Source: Squalus acanthias (Eukaryota). Taken from it: 64,000 nt of DNA. The stretch lies in the NCBI GenBank assembly GCA_030390025.1, contig CM059431.1:127598001-127662000 (forward strand), written 5' to 3'. Below the pieces are notes generated by a model. It was not told the origin of the DNA, did no database searches, and saw only the letters and a program-made list of their open reading frames with translations. Made by a program: the position numbers and the translations under genes. Of the stretch, positions 9,824 to 22,840 are shown piece by piece (position 1 is the first letter of the stretch; every line of letters begins with the position of its first letter).

Positions 9824-12419
9824 ATGGAATGCACTCTGTGGCTGGGCCTGTTGGTAATCCTGATCAGATCAGGACAGATGGAGCGAGGCGACATCGAGAT
9901 GTCATTTACTTCCGGGTGTATGGGAGGAGCCGGGCCCACCGTAACACAGGGAGGTAGAGCACGGGGCACTGACGGGATAGCTACATACTTCCATGAGGGA
10001 GTATGGCCGGGTTGGTTAGGGTCAAATTCCACTAAATATTCCAATTACACTGGTTACAAATTCGGTGAAGCATCAGTGCCCAGCCCCAAATTAAATATCA
10101 CCACCAAAAAGGTACTGGTGAACGAGGGAAGGCAAGTGTGCCTAGAATGCTGGGGAAGTTCCTCTGTGGGATGGTGGTGGTGGCTACAGAAAACAGACAA
10201 GGCAAAGGGTAATGAATCCATGGATTGGGAAAGATTGGGGAACAACTCGTACAGATCGATTGCGGGGACAAAGGGGGGGTGAAATTATGTTGGGACAAGT
10301 GGTGAAAGGAGGAACAAGGGGTTTATGTGTGTGTGGGAGGATCGGAACGTAAATGCCAGAAGCGGGTGTCCATCGCTTTTAAACGGCAATGGCAAGATTC
10401 CGGGTCTGAAATAGGCTGGACTCAGAGTTTCGATTCGTGTGTGGTCACAAATCCTCCAAACGCCGTCAATGCTACCGAACTAGTAGCGCACAATAAGAAA
10501 CCCCTACCATCAGCCCCAAAGACACGGGATAAAGAGGTTAAGTGCCCCATAACGACACCCGGACCTAGGAATGGGTTCATATTGATTCCAACAGGGAAGG
10601 TGTTGTACCATGACGTGCATTATGAGATAGCATCTGTTACCCTTAATTTGGCAAAGGTACGGCTACCCCGGTGGTACCCAGCTGAAACGAAAAAATAGTA
10701 CGAGAAACTATTAAAAGAAATGTGCCGGCAATTCTACGAGTTGAACTATGGGGAAGAAAGTCGTATGGTCCAAAAATGTGCGGGTTAGGTTGATTTGGCT
10801 ATGATAAATTGACCCTTAGTGTTAGGGGGGGATTAAATATGTGGGGTTATGGGGATAGGATAGGAAGGGATATGTTAGGGGGAATTAAATACGTGGGGTT
10901 ACGGGGATAGGGTGGGATATGTGTCGGTGCAGGCTCGATGGGGATTCTGTGTGAGAAAGCAGGGATAGGGTACTGGATTTGGATGATCAGCCATGATCGT
11001 ATTGAATGGTGGAGCAGGCTCGACGGGCCGAATGGCCTACTCCTGCTCCTAGTTTCTATGTTTCTATGTTTCTATGTTTCTATGATTTGTATAAACGCGC
11101 TGACAACAGTCACACCGGTTTGGGGAGACGGAAGAGGAGATTGATCAATGACGCGGCCACGGTGTTTAATACGGGAACGTCACTGGTCAATTGTATAGAT
11201 GATGCCCAGCTGCAAACGCAGGTCAATACCTTACGGGATCAGCTAAAGAGGATACTGGGGGAGGGTAATGAGATTGAGGGACAGGAATTACAAGAAGACC
11301 AAGTAATGACCATGCACCTAAAAGAATTGATAGCTGAGCTGGAAACTCACGCCCAGACCATAAACAACTTCATAAAGGAGGACCGGAACGCGTTGGACCG
11401 GGCCGCGCAAGATGATGCGTGTGTTATGTACGGTGCCTGGTTATTAACCGAGGGGTGTAGTAATTTAGAGGATCTGGAGCAAGGTCGCGTACCATCGTGG
11501 ATTGACAACAGACACCTAAGAGCCTTGAGCACTTATGACAATCTCATGAACCCGTGCCAGCTACGGTTGGCCTCTGAAGCGTACCCAGTCCCAATCATTT
11601 GTGATCAGTACAACCAAACCATAATGGGAATAGTTCTCAGGATGCCAGTGATGGATCAGTCACAACGGTCAGTGCCGGTATATCGGGTGGAAAATGTTGG
11701 TATTATCCGATGTGGGGTATATGTGCGGCATCATGGGGCACCTCCGTATGTGGTTAAGTGGGGGAACTCCATAACCGGCACAGATCTGAAGGGATGTCAG
11801 GAAAGGGGTGCACATGTCGTGTTGTGCCCACATCACCTGAATGTGTTCGACCGACCGGTATGTGGTTTTGAATCTGAAAGCGCACAACCGATCAACTGTA
11901 CCATGGAGGTGATGGTTCAGAGGCACGTCCCAGGTTGTCTATGAGGGAAACGGAACCTACTGTGTCACCACCAGTGTGAATCAGTATAGGGTACACAATG
12001 ATACCTGGTGTCCAATTTACGACTCGACCTTTTGTTTTAAACCCCCGATAGAGGTTCAAGTAGCACAGGAAAGGATAATCCCTATTTCAGATCACACCTC
12101 AGTAAATCTCACAGTGAGTGGTATTTTACCAAACCTCCAAGATTATATATCACATTTTGGGTATGATATCCCACCATTACCTGAGCATTTGACAAAACTG
12201 GTAAAGGATCTGGAGCTTTCCCAAAAACATTACTACACTCTCCAGCAGGAAAACAGAGAAACGCGAGAGGAGATCAGGGAAATGACCACCCCACCTTGGT
12301 GGGACATTGGGTTTGATATTGAAATTCCTCCCTGGATCAGAATTGCCTCACATGTATTGATAATTGTGCAATTAATTATGGTGTTGTATCTGTTCAGGTT
12401 ATCGTGTAAAACAAAATGA
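9824..12419 (+). pseudogene. env: Envelope glycoprotein, class I fusion (F-like) type, with Ig-like N-terminal segment
   Basis: Signal peptide MECTLWLGLLVILI; furin site RRKRR (11126-11140); heptad-like helix; Cys-rich region; C-terminal helix and TM segment WIRIASHVLIIVQLIMVLYLF. Stops, frameshifts and a SINE insertion. Confidence 0.8.
10768..11083 (+). mobile_element. 5'-truncated HE1-like SINE inserted in env
   Basis: Nearly identical to 39055-39340; ends in the CR1-like tail GATCAGCCATGATC...(TTTCTATG)n. Confidence 0.85.
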
Positions 12420-12582
12420 AGGGTAAAAAGGGAAAAACAGGAAAGACTGTATAAAGGGGATTTGGGATTATAGAATCAAATGTATAGAGTGTGTAAAAAA
12501 ATGTGAGATTTGGCTGGGACCGACAATGCACCCCCACCGCAGAAGAATGGACGTAAGTAATATCTCTAATGTAAGAGATAAT

Positions 12583-13323
12583 GGCCCAGAAATTGATCTC
12601 GCTCTGTTCCCGCGGGGGTAAGGAGCAGGCGCGATCTCTCACTCCGCGTTGGCTTTTTCAGATCCAGCTCGCACGAACTTGATGTTCCAGACATCAGCTG
12701 TGCAGTGCTTGCGTATCCCACCGGCGTAGTGAATTCGTGCGAGCTGTGGGATCACGTGACTCAGTTAGAGCCAATGGCAGCACACCATCTTCCATTCATA
12801 AGTTTCACATACGTGCTGTGAAAGCTATGAATCTTACACCCCCCCAAAATAACAGCTAAACCTCAATTAAATTAAAAAAAACACATCACATTAATAAAAT
12901 AAGTATAGTTAAATAAATTAACCATTTTAAATAAAAAATTAAATTTTTGAAAAAATTTAAAATCTTTTAAAAAGTTATAAAAATAAACTTACCTGTCTTT
13001 AAAGTCTCTAAAAAAGATATACCTGTTAAAAAAAATTCAAAAAAATACTTAATTCACTACTTACCTTGTTAAAATTGGGTCTTACTCCTCCTTTTTCCAT
13101 TTCTAAAATCTTCCGTCCTTACCTGCGCGTCCAAAGCACTAAGTGCACAGCGTGCGCGCAGCCTGTAGCGCGCACGCGATGCACCGAGGAACCGCCCCCT
13201 TTTCCAAAGACCAAGTGCCGGTTTTCAGCGCATGCGCAGGGCATGCAGAAAACGGCAATTGGAGAGAGAATACGCGAGAGTACGCAGTGCGTACTCTCGC
13301 GCAGCGGGATCAATTTTTGGCCC
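12583..13323. mobile_element. Harbinger-like MITE with AT-rich core, inserted just before the ERV polypurine tract
   Basis: Imperfect TIRs GGCCCAGAAATTGATC / GATCAATTTTTGGCCC; flanks AAT / ATT. Confidence 0.65.
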
Positions 13324-13338
13324 ATTAAAGGGGGGACA

Positions 13339-14274
13339 TGTAGGATCGATTCTTCCCCCACAATGGTAAAAATATTGGACTATGAAATATAAAAACCCAG
13401 AACTGCAGAGCTGGCAAAAAGTGCTCGGCAATAAATGGTTAATTCAAACATTGCAGCCGAAACTACGAATCTAAAATCTGAACAAGAACATCTGCATATT
13501 CATTTACCTTAAGGGATTACATTGTCCACGTTAGACCATGGCCCCCGAATAACCAGTTTCAGTGCAGGCCTAGACAATGGGCCGGGCCTTGAACCTTTTG
13601 AATACGAATACTAACAGAAACCAACAACTTTGCATATGCAGTCACTTTGGGAAGGTTGCATTGTCAGAAAGGTATCTCTAATCAATGGACAATACCAGGG
13701 ACAATTCACACATTTTGAAATCAATCGTATGCTCAGGAGGGGGCCAGGAAATGTGTGTCAAGATACTGCAAGTTGGTTTTGGTTTAAAGTAAGAGCACTT
13801 CGAAGACAGTGGTGTGGGAAGCCAATGGCAGAACAGCGAACACAAAGATTCGGGCCTACAATCAACTCCAAGAGACAGCCGATCGGGAGTGGTGATTGTA
13901 TGTTTCAGTCAAATCATAGAGGGGGCTTTTATGATTGAGTCTGAGTAAGTTTGTGACTTTCAGTCAGATCACAATAAGGGTTTTGTGATTGAGTTTGGGT
14001 AACTTTATATGTAACAGTCAAATCGCGGACGGGTTTAACTGTCATATTGTGTCGATGCAAATGACCCTTGCGTAAGGGTTTGTATTTTGGGGTTGTTAGT
14101 CTAATATAAATCATAGGGATTTATACTGGGGAAGTAATTGTGTGTGTGTGTTCAATAAACAAACAAATCAAAGGTTGAGCCAAAACCCTGTACCGTGTGT
14201 ATTTTGTTCTTATAAATCCTGATGTCCAAGAACTGTGTGTAATGGGGGACCAGTATCGGGGAAACCCCCTTACA
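13339..14274 (+). repeat. 3' LTR of the ERV
   Basis: Preceded by PPT AAAGGGGGGA (13327-13336); starts TGTAGG, has AATAAA at 14155 and ends CCTTACA; right end inferred because the 5' LTR is not in the window. Confidence 0.65.
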
Positions 14275-15989
14275 GAGAGCATCTAATGGCAAGTAGTGCG
14301 ATACAATAAATATCTTGACTGCAGTTTGCGCTATCAAGCCAGGCTGTCTATTTTCACAGTACCGTGGTGATTTTCTCAGCAAAAAATGCAGACCTTGGCA
14401 TGGTAACACCCTATCTTAAAATAACTACGTTAATACAGGGTATAATACAAACATGGTAAATATTTGCTATTTGCTCCATAATTTTACATAATAGTTTATT
14501 TTCTGTTGGCGAAGAAAATTATTTTTCTTGCACCATATTTCTAACATTTTTTTTTAAAGAAGCAACCAAAGAAGTGGAAAACAGCACATATGAGTTACCC
14601 AGCTTGGAACTAAGGGCTCTCTCTGTATTTGCTGAATTCTTCAGCTCTATTTAGTAAAGCCTCTGGCATTGGCTTGTAGATATGGAGATTATACCACCAG
14701 AAGCCTGTGGCAGATATGTTGCTTACTGACTCTAATTGGGGCATTGTCTACATTATTTATGACTTGTAAATCTTGAAAAATTATCTGTGATGGCAGAAAA
14801 TCTATTACATTCTGCGCATGGGAATGACATGTACAGTTATTATTTTAGTCCCTCTAGTCCTAACTTATGTTGTCTGCATTACACAAATTTCTGACACAAT
14901 TAGCCTGTGACTGTCTTCAAATATTTGCTACTTTAAGATTAAATTGCTCAATGAATTCAATTGTATTTAATCCGTTAGATCAAATGCAAAGGATTTTGAT
15001 CACGTACCAAATGCTTCATAACATCGCAACGGCACATTCTGAAAATAAAGAACGAGTTACATGGTTAAGCAATACGGAAATTAGTATCATAATAAATCGC
15101 AGAGTATTTAGCAGAACTGATACTTCATTTTTCAGATTGAGTTTAAATGCATTATCACTTATGGATAATCTATGACTCTTAAATAGAGTTGTGAGTTTCC
15201 ATTATAAATTAACGTGTTTGGGTTATAAGAAGAAGCCCAATCAGCATTCTTACTTACATCAAATTTCCTTAAATATTCAAATGATTAAATTAAAGCCAGG
15301 CATAATTTCTCTCTCCTAGAATATTTATTCTGGTAATCTGATCTGTGCAATTGTACGATATCATTAGGTAAATTATGATCTTAAATATATTTTTATAATA
15401 TTAGTACTGTGAGACACAAGACCATATCAATTCATTTCTGCTCACCAATTCAACTAATTTTCTTATTGGTTCCAACCGCCATCCCCCACTGATATCAATT
15501 GAAACCAAGTTCTATTTACTGCCCATTAACATCTCATTCATAATGTAATCTGCCTCAATCCCCTACTGCCTCATCTCACATTCTATGTGATGCAGTCCTC
15601 ATGCATGTCTTAATCCTTACCTCCTTGTTCATACCTCCTCATCCCACAGGTGCCAACACTAATCTTGCTGAACTTGGTGGTTGTCTTTTCCAAGCATGTC
15701 AACAACCTGCCACAAGCTCCCGCAATGGCTTAAAAATAACGACACCAGACCAGATTTTCCCCTGAATTACCAACTGTTTTGCTATTGAATTGGGGCAGTA
15801 ACCAGAGTAAAATTGGTTGTTAGAGGCTGCTGCCCCCAAAAAAAACTGCACCTGAATTATTCGCCCTAAAAAGCATCAGTTCCAGTTAGGGCCCATCAGG
15901 AGCCCAATCTGACGCATATAAAGGGACCAAGGGGGCCGAGCGAATCTCTCCGACCTATTTCCGCCTAGGACCACCACAAATAATTACCA

Positions 15990-18630
15990 TAGAATCATAC
16001 AATGATACAGCACAGAAGGAGACCATTTAGCCCATCATGCCTGTGCCAGCTCTTTGGTAGAGCTATCCAATTAGTCCCACTCCCCTGCTCTTTCCCTATA
16101 GCCCTGCAAATGTTTCCACTTCAAGTATTTATCCAATTCCCTTTTGAAAGTTATTACTGAATCTGCTTCCACTACCCTTTCAGGTAGTGCATTCCAGATC
16201 TTTACATAGGACAGGATTACATAGGATTACATAGGATATACAGCACAGAAACAGGCCATTCGGCCCAACCAGTCCATGCTGGCGTTTATGCTCCACTCGA
16301 GCCTCCTCCTGTCTTTCCTCATCTAACTCTATCAGCATAACCCTCTATTCCCTTCTCCCTCATATGCTTATCTAGCTTCCCCTTAAATGCATCTATACTA
16401 TTTGCTTCAGCCACTCCCTGTGGTAGTGATTTCCACATTCTCACCACTCTCTGGGTAAAGAAGTTCCTTCTGAATTCCCTATTTGATTTCTCTGTGACTA
16501 TCTTATATTGAAGGCCTCTAGTTTTGCTCTTCCCCACAAGTGGAAACACTCTCTCTTTATCTACTCTATCAAAACGTTTCATAATTTTAAAGGCCTCTAT
16601 GAGGTCACCCCCTCAGCCTTCTCTTTTCAAGAGAAAAGAGGCCCAGCCTGTTCATCCTTTCCTGATATGTATACCCTCACATTTCTGGTATCATCCTTGT
16701 AAGTCTTTTTTGCACCCTCTCCAGTGCCCCTATATCCTTTTTATAATATGGCGACCAGAATTGTACGCAGTACTCCAAGTGTGGTCGAACCAAAGTTCGA
16801 TACAAGTTTAGCATAACTTCACTACTTTTCAATTCAATCACTCTAGAAATAAACCCTAGTGCTTGGTTTGCCTTTTTTATGACCTTGTTAACCTGTGTCG
16901 CTACTTTCAGTGATTTGTGTATTTGTACTCAAATTCCTTTGCTCTTCTACCCCGCTTAGATTCGCATTTTCCAAGTAATATGTGACCTCCCTATTTTGCT
17001 TACCAAAATTTAATACCTCACATTTATCTGTGTTGAACTTCATTTGCCAATTATATGCCCATTCTGCAAGTTTATTAATGTCTTCTTGTAATTTGTTGCA
17101 GTCCTCTCAGTATTGACTTTCCCCCTTCAATTTGGTGTCATCTGCAAATTTAGAAATTGTATTTTTGATTCCAAAGTCTAAATCGTTAATGTAAATTGTG
17201 AACAGCAGTGGTCCCAGCACTGATCCTTGTGGAACACCACTTCCCACCTTCTGCCACTGTGAATAGCTACCCTTTACCCCTACTCTCTGCGTTCTGTCTT
17301 GAAGCTAGCTAGTTATCCATTCTGCTACTTGTCCCCTGACTCCACATGCCTTACCTTATTCATTGGTCTATTATTTGGTACCTTATCGAAGGCCTTTTGA
17401 AAATTGAGATAAATTACATCTACTGCATTACTCTTGTCTACTCTCTGTGCTACTTTTCCTTTCGATATCCATGCTGACTATTTATTGTTATATTTTTGGT
17501 TTTGAAATGTTCTTCTATTTTCTACTTTAGTAGGGATTCCATTATTTTTCCTATTACTGATGTTAGGCTGACTGGTCTATTGATGCCTGGACATGTTCGA
17601 TCTCCCTTCTTAAATATCTTAACAATTCACTGTGTAATTTTTTTTTCTCATGTCGCCTCTGGTTCTGTTGCCAATTATCTTAAATCTGTGTCCTCTCGTT
17701 ACCAACCGTTCTGCCACTGGAAACAGTTTCTCTTTATTTACTGTATCAAAACTCTTCATAATTTTGAATACCTCTATCAAATCTCCCTTAAGCTTCCACA
17801 GTTTCTCTAGTCTTTCCATGTAAGTCTTTCATCCCTGGTACCATTCTAGTAAATCTCCTCTGCACCCTCTCCAAGGCCTTGACATCCTTCCTAAAGTGTG
17901 GTGACCAGAATTGGACACAATACACCACCTGAGGCCTAACCAATGTTTTATAAACGTTTAGCATAACTTCCTTGCTTTTGTACTCTATGCCACTATTTAT
18001 AAAGCTAAGGATCCAGTATGAATTTTTAACAGCCTTCTCAACTTGTCCTGCCATCTTCAAAGGCTCGTATACATACACCCCCCGGTCTCTCTGTTCCTGC
18101 ACCCCCTTTAAAATTGTACTATTTAGTTTATATCGCCTCTTCTCATTCTTCCTACCAAAATGAATCACTTCACACTTCTCTACATTAAATTTCATCTGCC
18201 ATGTGTATGCCCATTTCACCAGCCTGTCTATGTCCTCCTGATGTCTGTTACTATCATCCTCACTGTTTACAACATTTACGAGTTTCGCATCATCTGCAAA
18301 GTTTGAAATTATGTCCTCTATTCTGAAGTCCAGGCCATTAATATATATCAAAAAGAGCAGTGGTCCCAACACTGACCCCTGGGGGTACTGGGGAACACCT
18401 CTGTGTACTTCCCTCCAGTCTGAAAAATAACCATTCAGCACTACTCTCTGATTTCTGTCCCTTAGCCAATTTCATATCCATGCAGCTGCTGCCCCTTTAA
18501 TCCCATGGGATTCAATTTTGCTAACCAGTCTATTATGTGGTACTTTATCAAACGCCTTTTGAAAGTCGATACACACAACATCAACCGTACTACCCTCATC
18601 ACCCTTTCCGTTACTTCATCAAAGAACTCA
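15990..18630 (-). mobile_element. Two nested 5'-truncated CR1 LINEs (inner copy about 16204-17617)
   Basis: Minus-strand ORF2 motifs [39 protein letters not shown]; two separate tandem-repeat 3' tails. Confidence 0.88.
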
Positions 18631-18849
18631 CTCACTATATAAGTGACAGTAGGAACTGCAGGAAGGCATATATGGGACAAATACTATATTGAGGAGACCA
18701 TCTTGTGTACTGCTACTGAAGGTTGGTGTTAGTTTGTCTGCATATCAACTCTTTAGAGCTTTGGAAGTTCAGTCAGGACTTTTAGTTTCACTCAGCTCTG
18801 CTCCAAGTAATGCTTTGCTTTGGGAACATGGATTTCTCAATGGAAATTC

Positions 18850-19775
18850 CTGTACTATGAAGAACAGGAGGAGGAGAAGAGGAGGAGGAGAATATGGAAG
18901 AGACTAGATTGGAGGCTCTTAACGTAAGTTATGAAAGAAGGTATTTCTGTCCCACCCACTGACCAGCATTTACAGACCAAAAAGGACTTACTTAGACTTT
19001 TCTGACTGTCGGTATCTCAGAAGGCTATGTTCCTCCCCAGAGACGACTGTGGAAATATGTCAACTTCTGGCTGAAGACGTGAGGCCACTTTAACCATGAG
19101 AACAGTATTGTCTGTACCAATCAAGGTCACACTGCCTTGAGCTTTTTTGCAACTAGCTCCTTCTAGTCAGCAGCAGATGGCTTTTGCCACATTAGTCAGG
19201 CAGTTTCTCACCATTGCTTCAATAAGGTCACTGAAGCTCTATTCATGAGGGCTGTGCAATTCATATCTGCCCCAGTGGAAGCAAACAAACAAACAGAGAG
19301 AGAAATGGAGTTCTACAGACTGGGAGGATTCCCACAAGTGCAAGGAGCAATTGATGGAACTCGTGTGCCACTCAAAGCCTCATATAACAAACCCCTATTA
19401 AATGGAAAAGCTTTCATTCCATTAATGATGCGCAATTATGAAGCACAATGTCAATCCCCTTAATCTGCGGAATAATGCCAGATACCCAGGAAGCTGCCAT
19501 GACACATTCATCATGTGCCAATTAACCATGCCAGGCCTGATTTCTCAAAGCCATGTATCCGGGTTGACTGATGATCAGGACTACCCTGTCATCATGGCTG
19601 ATTACTCCAGTAAGGCTTCCACAGACACAGGTTGACAACAGATACAATGAGGCCCATGCCACTACAAAAAGAGTCATAATACAGACCATAGAAATTCTCA
19701 AGTCCCATTTCAGTTGCCTGGATAAATCTGGTAGAGTCCCGTAATACAATCCAGTGAGAGCTTCAAAAATCATTG
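18850..19775 (+). pseudogene. Highly degraded Harbinger (HARBI1-like) DDE transposase
   Basis: [26 protein letters not shown] and a YNEAH..T..VI.QTI-like motif; many stops. Confidence 0.75.
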
Positions 19776-20781
19776 GCCGAGGAATTGGATCACACCTAAT
19801 AAGGCTAGTGGCAGGTCCATAGCAAATTGGTAGCCGGCCTTATTAGTATAGTACCAGTGAGCTGCGGGTGCCATTCCCGGTGCAGAGGCAGCTCGCTCGT
19901 CATGGGGATGGGGCGAGTGGTAGCAAAATCGAGCAGCTCGGATGTTGGCTGGTAGCCTTGGGAGAGGTTGGGGAGAGGCAATCGGGGTGGAGGGGGATGT
20001 GGGCGATGGCCGTCAGCGGCCCCTGGTTTTAATGTGGAGTTGGGAGGAGCAGTTCAGTTCCTCCTGACTCCACAATAAAGTAAGTCAAAAATATAAATCT
20101 TACCTTTTGGGTGGCGGCCTCTAGTGGTCCCTTAAGGGCCATTGATTTGCCTGCTGAGCTGCTGAAAAAATAAGAAAGGTGCACAGGAAGAAAAGCACAT
20201 CAGACAGGACAGCCAGAGAAAGGAGGTTGCAGCTTGTAGTCCAGTATTTACAATAAATAAACTTTAACTCACCAAAAAAGTCACTTCACACCCGCTTGTT
20301 CTTTCCTCCACACACTCACTGAGTCCTTCATTTTTCAAGACTTCTGCCAAGTTCCTTCAGAAGACAGCCGTCTATATTTCCCCTGCAATCATACAAATCC
20401 TCAAAAGTTGAAAGCAGCTGCAGGAATGAACTCAGAACTCTATGTACTTTACTGTACAGAAGAACGTATTTACGAAAAAGTGTCAACAATTGCTAAACTG
20501 CCACCAAGAGGAGAATTTAGTCCATTGTATTTGAGCCCTGTAGCTCAGACAAGTTCCAAACTCAATTTAGTGCCTAGTTAGCTGAATTCAGCTGAAACAG
20601 TGATAAGGGAGCTGCAATTAGTGAAAAAACCCTGGGCTAAAGAAGGGGAACATCAGCAGGGCTCCTGCTCCTAATCACTATTCAGTGACCACTACTAGAA
20701 ATGCGTGTATGGAGACCTCAGATGGGGATAGGATCAAGTTAAAAGGATTGTATTAAAATGATTTGATAGGGTCGATACAAA

Positions 20782-22539
20782 GGCTGGAATTTTCTGGGGA
20801 GTCAGCGGGCGGGATTGGTGGCGGGTCAGGTGAGAAAGTGTTTTTTTTTTGACAGCGGATCGGAAACTCACAGTCAACCCGCTGCAACGTGCCTTTCCCA
20901 ATGTCGGGTTGGTCAGCGCTGAGCAGACCCGACAGGCAGTGGCAGGCAACCCAATTAAACTCATTATAATGTACTTAACGGATCCATAACAGGCTTTTTT
21001 AACTTACTTTTCAACTTTAACTTCATGGCCACGGGAACCACACTGTTCGGGGACCATGTCTGTCAACCTGAGGCGGGAGTTCAGTGGCCATTGCATCAGC
21101 TGATTACTTGACAGCTTCATATGTACAGTAAAAGCTTCCATCTGACAGATCATCACTTTCCTCAGCCACAAGCTGTTTCTCAGTCCATTTCCAGCATAGA
21201 TTCTGCAGGCTTTCCATTCTCACCTCATTGGAAGAAATCTCTTACCATTGACAGAATGCTTCTGTCATCTCTACTTCACCTGCCATCTATACCATCAAAA
21301 TGGGTGTCTTTACACTCTCTCACCTTTGTCCTCAGAATCCGACCACAGTCAGCCCCAACACCAGCAGCACCAGGCACACCAGCAGCACCAGGCACACCAG
21401 CAGCACCAACAACAACACCAAAATTCTCCGCAATCACCTGATGCTGCACAGGACACAGGGCATCAGCACCCGAGCACATTGCTGCCTGGGAGGCCAGGGA
21501 TGGCTTAATCATGGCCAGATTTACTTCACTTGACACTGTACACCCTGGCTGCCACATAATGCGCCAGGTTGACACCACCCCACACCAACACCATAAAGCA
21601 TCTCTACAATGTCTAAGCCATTCCTTTCACACTCACCACCATTATGTCTCACCATTCACTGCAACTCACTAAGCCACTTTCAAAGGTGCACACAAATCTG
21701 TCCAAGAATGCAAAGTGTTGAAAATAAAGGTTTCAATGTTTGACAGCACATTAACAGAAACTTTACATGAACATTGGATAAAACACCCAAGTGCCTACAC
21801 TTGTGTGTTGTTAGTTGGTATGATTATACTAGGATGAGGGTGAGTGTGAGGGGTGGCTAGTGAGATAGGGATGTGATAATGTAGATAGAGACGGATGGGT
21901 GGAGGTGCAAGGTAAGTTGGTGTGAGTAAGGATGTGCAGGAGTAGGGTAGGGAAGGCAGAGTGATGGGGATGTGATGAAAGGCACAGGAAGAAGAAGGTG
22001 AGTGTGGCTTTGTGCTGATGTTTCGTGATCTACTGAGATAATTGAAAGGTTTGTGCCACTGCACCTAGGTCCTCCTGACGACATCCCTGCTTATGCCCTC
22101 CTGTGCAATGTGCAACCAGGCTGTGTTGATCTCCTGGGGAGGTCTCTTCCGCCCATGGGAAGGGAAGAGGACCTCCCTGCGTGCTGTGACTCCCTCCATA
22201 AGCATATGGAGAGAGTCATGGGAGAGCCTGGGTGCAGCCCTGCACCTTTGTGCAGTGATTGTCAGTGTTTGCAGCACCTCAATGCTGTAGAACACTGACA
22301 GCACGAATGTTAAAAGTAAGGTGGCTATGGTCCCATTAAGGAAACTGGCTGATGACGTGTCATGAATGAACTCAGCAGGCCTGCTTCCTCTAATTGGACT
22401 TGGAAACACGCTGGACAGGTTTAACAAGCCCTATCAATGTAAATTCATTTTCCAGAGCGGGATAGAGCGAGCAGCGGGGCTGTGACCCACCACCGACATC
22501 GTCCAACCTGAACCCGCCGAGGTGAGCAAAATCCCGGCC
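20782..22539. mobile_element. Internally deleted PIF/Harbinger transposon inserted in a CR1 3' end
   Basis: TIRs GGCTGGAATTTT / AAAATCCCGGCC; TSD AAA; transposase 5' and 3' stubs on + (21300-21531); Myb/SANT exon on - (RAAPRLSHDSLHMLMEGV..AWLHIA). Confidence 0.85.
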
Positions 22540-22840
22540 AAAGAAACTATTTCCTCTGGTGGGGAAATCAAGAATAAGGGGACATAATCTTAAAAATAGA
22601 GACCGGCCATTCAGGAGCGAAATCAGAAAGTACTTTTTCACGTAAGTGTAGTAGAAATCTGGAACTATCTTCTTCCAAAAGATTGTGGACACTAGGACAA
22701 TTGGAGCTTTCAAGACTGAGATAGAGAGATTTTTATTAGATAAGGCTATCAAGGGATGAGGTGCACATCAGCCATGATTTATTGAATGGCAGAGTACACC
22801 AGCAGGGATGAATTGCCTATTCCAGTTCCTAATGTTCCTA
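22540..22840 (+). mobile_element. CR1 LINE 3' end (continues from about 20735-20781)
   Basis: LFPLVGKSRIRGHNLKNR.RPFRSEIRK motif and CR1 3' UTR. Confidence 0.75.

Larger units (their letters stand above)
1..14274 (+). mobile_element. Degraded endogenous retrovirus (gag-pro-pol-env-3'LTR), lokiretrovirus-like; 5' LTR lies outside the window; interrupted by several younger insertions
   Basis: Gag, PR, RT, tether, RNase H, IN and Env motifs in order on +, followed by a polypurine tract and a TG...CA LTR. Confidence 0.9.

Noticed and set aside
11006..11083. N-terminus of the 312-aa ORF
   Set aside because: Comes from the inserted SINE tail, not from env.
14280..15980. AT-rich unique stretch with a 102-aa ORF (14867-15175)
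   Set aside because: No domain, codon or splice evidence; treated as non-coding.
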